Below, piece after piece: positions 19,601 to 28,359 of a DNA stretch of 64,000 bases. The first letter of the stretch is position 1. Every line of letters starts with the position of its first letter. The notes beneath the pieces are model-generated. The model worked only from the letters and a program-made list of their open reading frames with translations. It was not told the DNA's origin and did not search any database. The position numbers were made by a program, and so were the translations under genes. Origin of the DNA: Ignavibacteriota bacterium (GTDB lineage Bacteria > Bacteroidota > Ignavibacteria > UBA10030); NCBI GenBank assembly GCA_022616555.1, contig JAKEEG010000012.1, positions 8,263 to 72,262 on the forward strand, given 5' to 3'.

Positions 19601-21107
19601 TCGACAACACTGCGAGCGGCGCATCATCGCCCATAGAGCCGACAGGTTCCTTTGCTGCTTCCGCCATCGGTTTAAGTAACAACGTCAGCTCTTCGGAGCT
19701 GTAGCCGAAGCACAACTGTTCGCGGACAAGCTCTACGCCGCGTGCCGCACGCTCAACACGGGATTTCTCAGCAAGCGGCATGCGATAAATCTGCTTCACC
19801 CACTCGGAATACGGCCGCTGGGCAGCAATTTCGTTTTTGATTTCGAGGTCTTTTAAGAGCACGCCGCGCTCGGTATCGACTGCAATCATTTGTCCGGGGC
19901 CGAGCCTGCCTTTTTCCACAACGGCTGAATCTTCCAGTTTGAGCGCACCGACTTCCGAACCAAGCACAACCAGTCCGTCCGCTGTGACCTTGTAACGCGC
20001 GGGACGCAAGCCGTTGCGGTCAAGCGTGGCTCCGACAATCTTGCCGTCGCTGAACACCAACGCAGCGGGGCCATCCCACGGCTCGCTGAAACACTCGTGG
20101 TAATTGTAGAAATCCTTCACGCGCTGGTTGATGTCCGTGCGTGAGCGCCATGCCTCCGGCACAAGCATCATCATCGAATGCAGAACGTTCCGGCGCGAGA
20201 GCGTAAGAGCTTCAAGCGCATTGTCTAAGTTTGCCGAATCGCTCCCATCCGGCTGGATGAGGGGTTTCAACATCTTAATGTCATCGCCCCAGAACTCGGA
20301 CGCTATCTCAGCTTCGCGAGCTCTTGTCCACACCCTGTTGCCTTGAATCGTGTTAATCTCACCGTTATGCGCCAGCATCCTGAACGGCTGCGCTAGACTC
20401 CACGTCGGGAATGTATTCGTGCTATAGCGTTGGTGATACATTGCAAACGCCGATTCAAAAAGCCGATCTCGCAGGTCTGGATAAAACTTATCCAACGCAG
20501 TGGCAATCATTAGTCCTTTGTAAATGACCGTTCGGCACGAAAACGAACAGACATAAAAATTCTTCACGTCCGTTTTCAGAATATGCTTCTCGATTTCTTT
20601 CCGGCAGAGGTAGAGAATGCATTCAAACTCCGCTTCACTCACGTGCCGCGGTTTGCGGACGAATACTTGCTGCACTTTCGGGGCGCTTAATGCGGCGCTG
20701 TCGCCGATAACCGTCAAATCGACAGGCACGCTCCTCCATCCTAGAAAACCTAACCCGCGGCTCGAGACTACATGTTCCACCAGCGCGCGGCAGAGTGAAT
20801 ATGCATCGTCATCGTTGCCCGGCATAAAGATCATCCCAACGCCTAAGTCCTGCTCCGACTCAAGTTTTTCTGCTAGGCCGGAAACATCGTGCAGGAAAAA
20901 TTTCGTTGGCAGTTGAGTGAGAATACCCGCACCATCCCCCGTTTGCGTATCAGCCGCCACAGCGCCACGGTGAGTCAGGTTGCATACGGACTGGATCGCT
21001 TTCGTCACGATATCGTGGCTTTTCTCGCCGGAAATGCGCGCGACGAAACCCGTTCCACAAGCATCGTGCTCAAACCGTGGGTCGTATAACGGGAATTTTT
21101 CTTGCAT
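16617..21107 (-). CDS. gltB: Glutamate synthase large (alpha) subunit
   Basis: HDACG amidotransferase N-terminus, HQRYSTNT, QGSKPGEGGQ, [3Fe-4S] CRYVRQCHLNTCP, GANDYVGKG-type C-terminal repeats. Confidence 0.96.
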   Translation of the reverse strand: MQEKFPLYDPRFEHDACGTGFVARISGEKSHDIVTKAIQSVCNLTHRGAVAADTQTGDGAGILTQLPTKFFLHDVSGLAEKLESEQDLGVGMIFMPGNDDDAYSLCRALVEHVVSSRGLGFLGWRSVPVDLTVIGDSAALSAPKVQQVFVRKPRHVSEAEFECILYLCRKEIEKHILKTDVKNFYVCSFSCRTVIYKGLMIATALDKFYPDLRDRLFESAFAMYHQRYSTNTFPTWSLAQPFRMLAHNGEINTIQGNRVWTRAREAEIASEFWGDDIKMLKPLIQPDGSDSANLDNALEALTLSRRNVLHSMMMLVPEAWRSRTDINQRVKDFYNYHECFSEPWDGPAALVFSDGKIVGATLDRNGLRPARYKVTADGLVVLGSEVGALKLEDSAVVEKGRLGPGQMIAVDTERGVLLKDLEIKNEIAAQRPYSEWVKQIYRMPLAEKSRVERAARGVELVREQLCFGYSSEELTLLLKPMAEAAKEPVGSMGDDAPLAVLSKLPKLLPSYFRQQFAQVTNPPIDPIRERLVMSLTSKLGYRRNWFGEGPEHAKQVELASPILLEEELERLRTLEDPAFLSTTLKALFSVREGEDGLEHALQGLCTGAERAADEGKFLVVLSDRGVNDELAPIPILLAVGAVHNHLVRQNKRLKLSVVAETGEPREVHHIATLVGYGANAVNPYLACETIRAMMEAGELKNVTVDEALRNFRSALEQGILKVISKMGISLLGSYRGAQIFEAIGIAREVIDQHFTGTPSRIGGLSLRDIAREALERHALGFSSQQPSLVDEGMYRFRKNGERRAWSPDALRAMQRLRESGNHEEYYHLKNAIGEQAPFGIKDLLTTKKINRPVPLVEVEPVEDIRKRFTTAAMSLGALSPETHETIAIAMNRIGGKSNSGEGGEDPRRYKMLPNGDWANSAIKQVASARFGVTAEYLASAKELEIKMAQGSKPGEGGQIPAGKVSPLIARLRKAVPGISLISPPPHHDIYSIEDLAQLIYDLKQANPRARVCVKLVSEAGVGTIAAGVAKAYADVILISGHEGGTGASPLSSIKNAGAPWELGLAEVQQVLVMNGLRERVTLRVDGGLKTGRDIVIAALLGAEEFNFGTGALIALGCRYVRQCHLNTCPVGIATQDEKLRARFDGKPEMLIEYFNAVSEDVRQILAELGFRSLNEIIGRTDLLKQKTIRDHVKANTVDLSGLLTRRDYERDQRLRIWYRNDRPDKPLDDTILQDVKNALREKVSVVRNYKIRNTNRAVGTKLSGEIAYLYGDRGLESHTIELRFMGSAGQSFGAFLVHGIKMVLTGEANDYVGKGMSGGEIIVAPPQGRVHAAQEVIVGNTVLYGATGGALFAAGRAGERLAVRNSGALAVVEGAGDHCCEYMTQGTVVVLGTVGRNFGAGMTGGVAYVLDLLGDFTWKCNTELVDVLPVEDQEEQRLLQSMIYRHLEATGSTRAHEILMNWQDYLPMFRKVSPRQHDVLAPKQEKTTVQQPQSIL

Positions 21108-21112
21108 AGAGG

Positions 21113-21655
21113 CTATACCTCTCCTTGAAATTCTCGTTTCAACGCTACGCGGCCTGTCCGCGCCATTTCTTTAATAACAAACGGCTTGAGCATTTTGATG
21201 AACGCATCAACTTTTTGCTGGCTGCCTGTCGCTTCGAGTGTGAGCGTTTTCGGACTGATGTCGATAACTTTCGCGCGAAAAATCTCCGCTATTTGCATGA
21301 TTTCCGAACGTGTTTCCGGCGTCGATTGCACTTTGACCAACGCGAGATCGCGTTCCACAAAACTCTCGAAGGTCAAATCAACAACTTTAATCGTATCGAT
21401 GAGCTTGTTGAGCTGTTTGATGATCTGTTCGATGATCTGGTCGTCGCCGCGTGTAACGACTGTCATGCGGGACGTGTCGTCTTCCTCCGTCGGTCCAACG
21501 GTCAGGCTGTCGATGTTGTAGCCTTTCGCCGCGAAGAGTCCCGCGATTCTATTGAACGCACCGAATTTATTCTCCACGAGTATGGAGATTGTGTGTTTTT
21601 TCAGTTGCTCTCCATTGCTCGGGCGAGTTGCCGCTGCTGTGATCGGTTGTGTCAT
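21113..21655 (-). CDS. ilvN: Acetolactate synthase small regulatory subunit
   Basis: ACT domain SILVENKFGAFNRIAGLF, QLNKLIDTIKV, EMARTGRVAL. Confidence 0.93.
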   Translation of the reverse strand: MTQPITAAATRPSNGEQLKKHTISILVENKFGAFNRIAGLFAAKGYNIDSLTVGPTEEDDTSRMTVVTRGDDQIIEQIIKQLNKLIDTIKVVDLTFESFVERDLALVKVQSTPETRSEIMQIAEIFRAKVIDISPKTLTLEATGSQQKVDAFIKMLKPFVIKEMARTGRVALKREFQGEV

Positions 21656-21670
21656 AGGGTTATCCTTTGC

Positions 21671-23446
21671 TCATCCTTTACTCAGGGTTTTAACTTCATC
21701 CGTTAACACTTCGCCATCAGCACCTACTTCCACCGATTCGGGAGTATCGAGCATTTCATTGACCGTCTGTCCGGCTGGAATCATTGGATACACATTGTCT
21801 TCTTTCGATACGGCAAATTCGATGAAGAATGGACCACCTTTGTGCTCCATTGCCTTGCGTATTGCCCCCTCTACTTCAGAAGCATTGGTCACACGCATTG
21901 CGGGACATCCGAACGCCTCGGCAAGCTTCACAAAATCCGGATTATAGAGCTCAACGTGTGAGTAACGCCTGCGCCAGAATAATTCCTGCCACTGGCGCAC
22001 CATACCGAGGAAACCGTTATTGATAACGAAAATCTTCATCGGCAGTTTGTGCTCAACGATGGTTGCCATCTCTTGCATGTTCATCTGGAAACCGCCGTCC
22101 CCGCTCACGGATACGACTGGCAAATCCTTGCGCCCAAATGCCGCGCCCATCGCCGCGGGCAACGAGAAACCCATCGTACCTAGCCCGCCGGAGGTAATAT
22201 GGGAACGCGCGTGCACCCACGTGAAGAACTGCGCCGTCCACATCTGATGCTGACCGACATCGGTCACCACAACCGCGTTGCCTTTTGTTACCTCGCCCAA
22301 TTTATGCAACACGTATTGCGCTCTCAACGCGTTGCCTTGTTTGTAGCGCAACGGGTGCTCGGCTTTCCACTGGTCGATGGTTTTCAACCAGTCCGCCGTG
22401 TCCAGTTTGTTCAGCATCTGTACGAGTTTCTGCAACACTTTCTTTACGTCGCCGACAATGGGGACATCCACTTTCACGTTCTTGCTGATGGCTGACGGGT
22501 CTATATCGATGTGCACCTTTTTCGCCTCTGCGGCAAACGCTTCCACCTTGCCCGTTACGCGATCATCAAACCGCGCACCGACAGCGATCAGCATGTCGCA
22601 GTAACTAACCGCGATGTTGGAGTACCACGTGCCGTGCATACCAAGCATGCCGAGCGAAAGCCGGTTCGTTTCCGGGAATGAGCCCAACCCGTGCAGCGTA
22701 GTGGTCACTGGGCATTGGAGTTTTTCCGCCAGCGCCATGAGCTCCTGGGCGGCATTCGATTGAATCACTCCGCCGCCGACGTACAACACAGGGCGTTTTG
22801 CGGCATTGATTAACTCAGCTGCTTTTTTAATTTGCTTCGTGTGGCCTTCGACTGTCGGGTTGTAACTGCGCATGCTGACTTCTTTCGGATACTCGAATGT
22901 CGTCTTCTGCGCCATCACGTCTTTGGGGAGGTCGACCAACACGGGCCCTGGCCTGCCGGTCGACGCGATATAGAATGCCTCCTTGATTGTCTTCGCCAGC
23001 TCACGCACATCGCGTACGAGGTAATTGTGCTTTGTGATTGGCCGCGTGATACCGACAATATCCGCTTCCTGAAACGCGTCGTTGCCGATGAGTTTCAGCG
23101 GCACCTGACCGGAGAACACCACGATAGGAATGGAATCCATATACGCATCGGCGATGCCCGTCACGGTGTTTGTCGCGCCCGGCCCGGAGGTTACCAACAC
23201 GACGCCGGTTTTGCCGGTGGCTTTCGCATAGCCTTCTGCCGCGTGAGTCGCACCTTGTTCGTGCCGCACGAGCACGTGATTAATATCCGACAAATCGACG
23301 AGCGCATCGTACACGCCGATGATAGCCCCGCCGGGGTAGCCGAACACAACCTCGACGCCTTCCTCGATAAGTGAACGCACGAAAATTTCCGAGCCTGTCA
23401 TTATCTTGCCGTAGTGCTGGCTCTGCTGCCCTTTGTGTGGTGACAT
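21671..23446 (-). CDS. ilvB: Acetolactate synthase large catalytic subunit
   Basis: FGYPGGA, RHEQGA, TSGPGATN, RFDDRVTG, DVGQHQMW, GDGGFQMN. Confidence 0.95.
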   Translation of the reverse strand: MSPHKGQQSQHYGKIMTGSEIFVRSLIEEGVEVVFGYPGGAIIGVYDALVDLSDINHVLVRHEQGATHAAEGYAKATGKTGVVLVTSGPGATNTVTGIADAYMDSIPIVVFSGQVPLKLIGNDAFQEADIVGITRPITKHNYLVRDVRELAKTIKEAFYIASTGRPGPVLVDLPKDVMAQKTTFEYPKEVSMRSYNPTVEGHTKQIKKAAELINAAKRPVLYVGGGVIQSNAAQELMALAEKLQCPVTTTLHGLGSFPETNRLSLGMLGMHGTWYSNIAVSYCDMLIAVGARFDDRVTGKVEAFAAEAKKVHIDIDPSAISKNVKVDVPIVGDVKKVLQKLVQMLNKLDTADWLKTIDQWKAEHPLRYKQGNALRAQYVLHKLGEVTKGNAVVVTDVGQHQMWTAQFFTWVHARSHITSGGLGTMGFSLPAAMGAAFGRKDLPVVSVSGDGGFQMNMQEMATIVEHKLPMKIFVINNGFLGMVRQWQELFWRRRYSHVELYNPDFVKLAEAFGCPAMRVTNASEVEGAIRKAMEHKGGPFFIEFAVSKEDNVYPMIPAGQTVNEMLDTPESVEVGADGEVLTDEVKTLSKG

Positions 23447-23481
23447 GTGACTCCTTGTAGTTGTGCCAAACAGTTTTTGGG

Positions 23482-23549
23482 AGCCCTCACCCTTGTCCCT
23501 CTCCTCTCAACTTAATAGGAGAGAGACGTAAGAAGGATGGATGAGGGCT
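23482..23549. repeat. Imperfect palindrome of the CCCTCACCC...CCCTCTCC...GGAGAG type
   Basis: AGCCCTCA (23482-89) pairs with TGAGGGCT (23542-49). Inner CTCTCCT (23499-505) pairs with AGGAGAG (23517-23). Confidence 0.6.
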
Positions 23550-23569
23550 TCCAGTATTCATATACCGCT

Positions 23570-23667
23570 TCATTGCGAAATGGTCCCGCCACGGTAGTGA
23601 CGGGACTGGCGCCCGCGTTGACCAAAGGTTCGCTTTGGCGTTTCGCCGGGTACCGGATTCGCAATGA
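23570..23667. repeat. 98-nt multi-hairpin element with perfect 10-bp terminal inverted repeat
   Basis: TCATTGCGAA / TTCGCAATGA ends. Inner hairpins GTCCCG..CGGGAC (23583-606) and CCAAAG-GTTCG-CTTTGG (23622-38). Confidence 0.6.
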
Positions 23668-23669
23668 TG

Positions 23670-25349
23670 TTATGTTCCGTTCGTATGTAAATCAGTTACA
23701 GCACCAAAACTGCTGCTCGAAACCAGTTTGGCGTACTTCGCCAATACGCCCGCCGTGTACCGTGGTCTCGGCGACTGCCACTTGCGGTGGCGCTCGGCCA
23801 GCTTTTCTTCCGGGACATTGAGCCGCAGCAACAATTTCTCAGCATCAATTGTAATTTCATCGCCTTCTTCCACCAAGGCAATCGTGCCGCCGACGGCCGC
23901 TTCCGGTGCAACGTGACCGACGACCATTCCGTACGTGCCGCCGGAGAATCGTCCGTCACTGATTAACCCTACCGAGTCGCCAAGTCCTGCTCCGATGATA
24001 GCCGAGGTTGGTGCGAGCATTTCGCGCATGCCGGGGCCGCCTTTCGGACCTTCGTAACGAATCACAATCACATCCCCCGCTTTGATTTTGCCGGCGAGAA
24101 TCGCTTGCAAAGATGCCTCTTCCGAATCGAACACGCGGGCGGGACCCGTCATGACCGGCTTTTTCACGCCTGTAATTTTCGCCACCGCACCTTCTGATGC
24201 GAGGTTCCCTCGTAGTATCGCCAAGTGACCTTTGGGATAGAGCGGTTTGTTCCATGGGTGAATAACATCCTGACCTGTGCGCGGTTGGTCTGGTACATTT
24301 GATAACAATTCTGAGATTGTTTGTCCGGTTATAGTCCTTGCGTCACCGTGCAGAGCGCCATTGTTCAGCAGGATTTTCATTACCTGAGGGACGCCGCCTG
24401 CATTGTGAAAATCAGTCGTGACATATTTGCCCGATGGCTTAAGGTCGCACAATACCGGTACGCGCTTACGTACGGCTTCAAAGTCATCCAGAGTCAGCGG
24501 CACATTTGCTGCGTGTGCAATGGCAAGAAGGTGTAGAACGGCGTTGGTGGAGCCGCCCACCGCCATTAAGACTGCGATGGCGTTTTCAAAAGCTTTTCGT
24601 GTGAGAATTTGTGTGGGAAGAAGTTGATTGCGGATTGCGTTGGCGAGGACTTGAGCGGACTGGGCAGTGCTCTGTGCTTTCTCTTCGTCCTCCGCCGCCA
24701 TGGTCGAAGAGTGCATCACACTCATACCCATCGCCTCAAATAACGACGACATGGTGTTTGCCGTGTACATACCGCCGCACGAGCCAGCACCGGGGCAGGA
24801 ATGCCGCTCCACTTCCAACAGCTCGGCGTCACTCATTTTCTTGGCGCTGTGTTGGCCGACTGCTTCGAACGCGCTCAACACGGTCAAATCCTTGCCATTG
24901 TAATGTCCGGGCTTGATAGTGCCGCCGTACACAAACACGGCTGGGATATTCATTCGCGCGATAGCGATCATCGCACCGGGCATATTCTTATCGCACCCGC
25001 CGATGGCAAGCACGCCGTCGAGGCTCTGTCCGTTGCACACAGTTTCGATGGAATCGGCGATAACCTCGCGCGAGACGAGGGAGTACTTCATGCCTTCCGT
25101 CCCCATCGAGATGCCATCGCTCACGGTGATGGTGCCGAAGACCTGCGGCATCACTCCAGCTTGGCGCAACGCTTGCTCCGCCCGCTCGGCAAGTGGTTGA
25201 ATGCCCATGTTGCAGGGGGTGATCGTACTATGGCTATTGGCAATACCGACGATGGGTTTAGCAAAATCGTTATCGCCGAACCCCACCGCGCGCAGCATAG
25301 CCCGGTTGGGAGTGCGTTCTACGCCTTGTTTGATCGTATCGCTTCGCAT
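23670..25349 (-). CDS. ilvD: Dihydroxy-acid dehydratase
   Basis: [56 protein letters not shown]. Confidence 0.96.
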   Translation of the reverse strand: MRSDTIKQGVERTPNRAMLRAVGFGDNDFAKPIVGIANSHSTITPCNMGIQPLAERAEQALRQAGVMPQVFGTITVSDGISMGTEGMKYSLVSREVIADSIETVCNGQSLDGVLAIGGCDKNMPGAMIAIARMNIPAVFVYGGTIKPGHYNGKDLTVLSAFEAVGQHSAKKMSDAELLEVERHSCPGAGSCGGMYTANTMSSLFEAMGMSVMHSSTMAAEDEEKAQSTAQSAQVLANAIRNQLLPTQILTRKAFENAIAVLMAVGGSTNAVLHLLAIAHAANVPLTLDDFEAVRKRVPVLCDLKPSGKYVTTDFHNAGGVPQVMKILLNNGALHGDARTITGQTISELLSNVPDQPRTGQDVIHPWNKPLYPKGHLAILRGNLASEGAVAKITGVKKPVMTGPARVFDSEEASLQAILAGKIKAGDVIVIRYEGPKGGPGMREMLAPTSAIIGAGLGDSVGLISDGRFSGGTYGMVVGHVAPEAAVGGTIALVEEGDEITIDAEKLLLRLNVPEEKLAERHRKWQSPRPRYTAGVLAKYAKLVSSSSFGAVTDLHTNGT

Positions 25350-25370
25350 CGTTCGCCTTTCGAAAACGGC

Positions 25371-25459
25371 AAAAAAATCCTACTCCGCCTGAGGCGAACT
25401 TTGCTTGACCGGTTATACTTGTTGGGGTATGTTGGGTGTGTGCTTAGTTAGCCTCAGGC
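25371..25459 (-). promoter_or_regulatory. Candidate ribosome-dependent attenuator of the ilv/leu operon
   Basis: On the - strand GCCTGAGGC (25459-51) is the exact complement of GCCTCAGGC (25395-87). The latter otherwise forms hairpin TTCGCC-TCA-GGCGGA, 6 nt before a T7 tract (25377-71). Confidence 0.65.
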
Positions 25460-25464
25460 TCTCG

Positions 25465-25608
25465 TTATCCAATAATAAGGAGGCCGAGAATAAGGAGGTT
25501 AACTAAAATAACGAGGATGCTAATCGGGAGGAGAACAATAATTGGCCGGATAACGCTCAGGAGTGCGTTTGCCAAGAAGGTAAAACCGATATTGTTGCTC
25601 GTTCCCAT
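25465..25608 (-). CDS. Ile/Leu/Val-rich leader peptide (47 aa), absent from the ORF track
   Basis: MGTSNNIGFTFLANALLSVIRPIIVLLPISILVILVNLLILGLLIIG*. 26 of 47 codons are I/L/V. Lies directly upstream of ilvD. Confidence 0.85.
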   Translation of the reverse strand: MGTSNNIGFTFLANALLSVIRPIIVLLPISILVILVNLLILGLLIIG

Positions 25609-25627
25609 TTGAGTTACTGTAATACTT

Positions 25628-25655
25628 AATATAATACTATTTCAGGACTTGTCAA
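25628..25655 (-). promoter_or_regulatory. Candidate sigma70 promoter for leader/ilv operon
   Basis: TTGACA (25655-50)-N16-TATATT (25633-28). The same -10 hexamer precedes the tRNA gene. Confidence 0.5.
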
Positions 25656-25824
25656 GTACAATTTTTTCGTTGTAACCAGTAGAATCGTGGAATGATAAAA
25701 GCATACTTTAATAAAGTAAAGAGCAAAGCTTTGGCTTAGTAAAGATATTTCCATTTTGGGCGCAAAAAACTTCAAAATCTCCTATTTTTTCAATATAACT
25801 AACGGGAGAAGGGAAAAAGCGACA

Positions 25825-25943
25825 TCAACTGCTTTTTACGATACACTTGGAAATTCCCCAAACGGGCTTGGATTTTTCCCACACGCGCGGGGTGGTGTCT
25901 CGGCATAGTGTCGGGGGCAACCTACTCTCTAATGCGAGCTAAT
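25825..25943. repeat. Dispersed 119-bp intergenic repeat, copy A
   Basis: Aligns without gaps to 62556-62674. The first 84 nt match at 72/84. Confidence 0.9.
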
Positions 25944-25987
25944 GCAGGATTTTGAAATCGCTTTTGAAGTGTTTCTGATCGATTACC

Positions 25988-27028
25988 TTACGCGCGGGAC
26001 TTCTCGTTTTTTCCCCGGCAGGTTTCTTCCAAGATGAGTTTGGTGGGAAGTTGTATCTGTTTCGGCTTGAATTCCTTGAGATTCTTGATGTTTTCCAACG
26101 TTAATTCGACAGCAACTCTGCCTAAATTGCTGGTCGGCTGGTCAACATACGTCATTTGCGGTGTGAGAAATTTATTGAGCGGGCTATGCCCAAATGCCAC
26201 AATGTCGAAATCTTTGGGGATGGTCAATCCCAATTCTTTCGCCGCGGTATAGACGCCGAGCGCGACGGGGTAGTTCACAGAAAAAATACACTCGGGCAGG
26301 TGCCCTGTGCCATACCATTTCATAAACGCCCGGTAACCGTCTTCTTCGCCAAATCCTCCGTTGATAATATAGTACGGGTCCACCCGAAGGTCGTGCTGTT
26401 TGAGCGCGTCTTTGAATCCCGCGAGCCGGTATTTTCCGATGCTCGTGTGGAGCGGTCCGCCGATGTGCGCGAGCTTGCGGTACCCGACTTTAATTGCCTG
26501 CTCGGTTGCTGCAAACGCGCCGCCGTGGTCGTCAGCGATAACTGTATTGGAGCCTTTCACGTTCATCACGCGGTCCATAAACGTCAGCGGCACGCCCCGC
26601 TTCACGACAGTTTCGAAGATCGCCAAATCTTCTGTCTGCTGGGAGACAGAGACGATGATGCCGTCAACGCGCATGGAGAGTAACGTCTGAATATGCTTTG
26701 CTTCGCGCTCTGCGCTTTCTTGCGAAACGGTGAGGATGATTTCATACTGATTTTCAAACGCCGCATCGTAAATCGCCTCGATCACGGTTGAAAAGAAAAA
26801 GTGCGCTATCTTCGGAACCACAACGCCGATGGTATTCGACTGACGTGCGGAAAGATTACGCGCCATCAGGTTGGGCACGTACCCCATTTCCACCGCCAGC
26901 TTTTTGATCTTCTTTGCAGTCTCAACGGAAATATCCGGGTGCCCCCGCAGTGCCTTAGAGACTGTGACGTTGGAGACCTTAAGCTTCTTTGCAATGTCGG
27001 CTATTTTCGCGTGTGATTTTTTGGTCAT
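25988..27028 (-). CDS. LacI-family transcriptional regulator
   Basis: AKIADIAKKLKVSNVTVSKAL HTH, GYVPNLMARNL, periplasmic-binding-type core. ATG 27028 preferred. Confidence 0.92.
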   Translation of the reverse strand: MTKKSHAKIADIAKKLKVSNVTVSKALRGHPDISVETAKKIKKLAVEMGYVPNLMARNLSARQSNTIGVVVPKIAHFFFSTVIEAIYDAAFENQYEIILTVSQESAEREAKHIQTLLSMRVDGIIVSVSQQTEDLAIFETVVKRGVPLTFMDRVMNVKGSNTVIADDHGGAFAATEQAIKVGYRKLAHIGGPLHTSIGKYRLAGFKDALKQHDLRVDPYYIINGGFGEEDGYRAFMKWYGTGHLPECIFSVNYPVALGVYTAAKELGLTIPKDFDIVAFGHSPLNKFLTPQMTYVDQPTSNLGRVAVELTLENIKNLKEFKPKQIQLPTKLILEETCRGKNEKSRA

Positions 27029-27066
27029 GCGTTTTGTGCTCCTCGCACAGCGTCGCAACAAACAAA

Positions 27067-28278
27067 TTATTTGTTCGAACCCTCAGTAGAAATTTTTCCC
27101 AACCGCTCCAATTCAATTGCCGCTAATAAGAATGGCCCGTAGCCTTTGAAATCGTCGGCGCGCTGCGGCTCGCCGATATAATACTCGTAGCTGCCATCGC
27201 GATACGGATTTCCGCCAAGCCCAGCAACGCTGCAGACGCGGTGCAGATGGACAAGGCCTTGGTCATCTACTGTAACAAGGTGATCGAGAATTCCGTTGAA
27301 CGACTCCGCCGCGCGGTCTGCATACTCTTTTGGCAAATAGCCCAGCCGAGCGCCCTTTGCGAACGCGTACGTCAACATGGTGCTCGCCGAAGCTTCCGTA
27401 TAATTCCCTTCATCGCCCTGTCGATCGATAACTTGATACCACAGCTTCGTGCTATCATCACGCGGTTTCAGAAGGTCATCGGCAAGGCTTGAGAATATAC
27501 GCAAAAGATCCTTTTGATTGTGGTGATTTTCAGGGAAAATTTCCAACACATCCACAAGTGCCATTGCAAACCAGCCCAACGACCTGCCCCAGAGATGGGG
27601 GGAAGTGCCGGTTTTCGGGTTCGCCCAACGCTGCGAGCGGGATTCATCCCACCCATGGAAATACAACCCCGTCCGCGGGTCACGGCTGTTATTCTCAATC
27701 AATAAGAATTGCTTGGCAATATCGTCATACGAGGATTGCTCGTTATACTGATTTGCATAAAGCGTATAAAATGGCTCACCCATATACAAGCCATCAAGCC
27801 ACATTTGGGATGGGTAAATTTTCTTATGCCAAAAGCCCCCCTCCTTTGTGCGCGGATGTAGCGAAAGTTGGTGCCGCAGGGTATCTGCAGCTTTTTTGAA
27901 TTTCTCATCTCCGAGCATCTGATACATCCTCAGCGTTACTTTACCCGGAGCTACTTTATCGATGTTGAACTCATCAAGCTTATATGTTCGGATGCTTCCG
28001 TTCGGCTGGATGTATGCTTCCAAATTCTTTCTGATGTACGCGACGTATTGGCTATCTTTTGTGTGCTCCCACATCTGGTAGAACCCCTCGAGCACCAAGC
28101 CCATCTCGTACTCCCATTTTGGGGTTCGCTTATCTTCCGGATGGTGCATCGTATCCGGCTGCATGGTCATGAAACTTTGAGCAAGACGGAACGACCACGG
28201 CGCGGTGCGCGAAACACGTTCCTGCGCGTTGCAAGCAATTAGTGTGACAGCAAGAAAAAGAAGAAACCGGTGAAACAT
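27067..28278 (-). CDS. GH105 unsaturated rhamnogalacturonyl/glucuronyl hydrolase, probable lipoprotein
   Basis: GGFWHKKIYPSQMWLDGLYM, LYFHGWDE, WGRSLGW, EASASTM, AGLGG.PYRDGS..Y. Lipobox LIAC. Confidence 0.88.
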   Translation of the reverse strand: MFHRFLLFLAVTLIACNAQERVSRTAPWSFRLAQSFMTMQPDTMHHPEDKRTPKWEYEMGLVLEGFYQMWEHTKDSQYVAYIRKNLEAYIQPNGSIRTYKLDEFNIDKVAPGKVTLRMYQMLGDEKFKKAADTLRHQLSLHPRTKEGGFWHKKIYPSQMWLDGLYMGEPFYTLYANQYNEQSSYDDIAKQFLLIENNSRDPRTGLYFHGWDESRSQRWANPKTGTSPHLWGRSLGWFAMALVDVLEIFPENHHNQKDLLRIFSSLADDLLKPRDDSTKLWYQVIDRQGDEGNYTEASASTMLTYAFAKGARLGYLPKEYADRAAESFNGILDHLVTVDDQGLVHLHRVCSVAGLGGNPYRDGSYEYYIGEPQRADDFKGYGPFLLAAIELERLGKISTEGSNK

Positions 28279-28359
28279 GGTATGCCTTTCCTCGAACGGT
28301 GTATCGCTCGATAATGTGCAGAAATTGATTCTTAACGGCAATCAAAAATTCCGAAGGTC

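Noticed and set aside
25350-25370. Hairpin occluding the ilvD ribosome-binding site
   Set aside because: Only a short bulged stem (GCC/GGC plus a few A-T pairs); too weak to claim without folding calculations.
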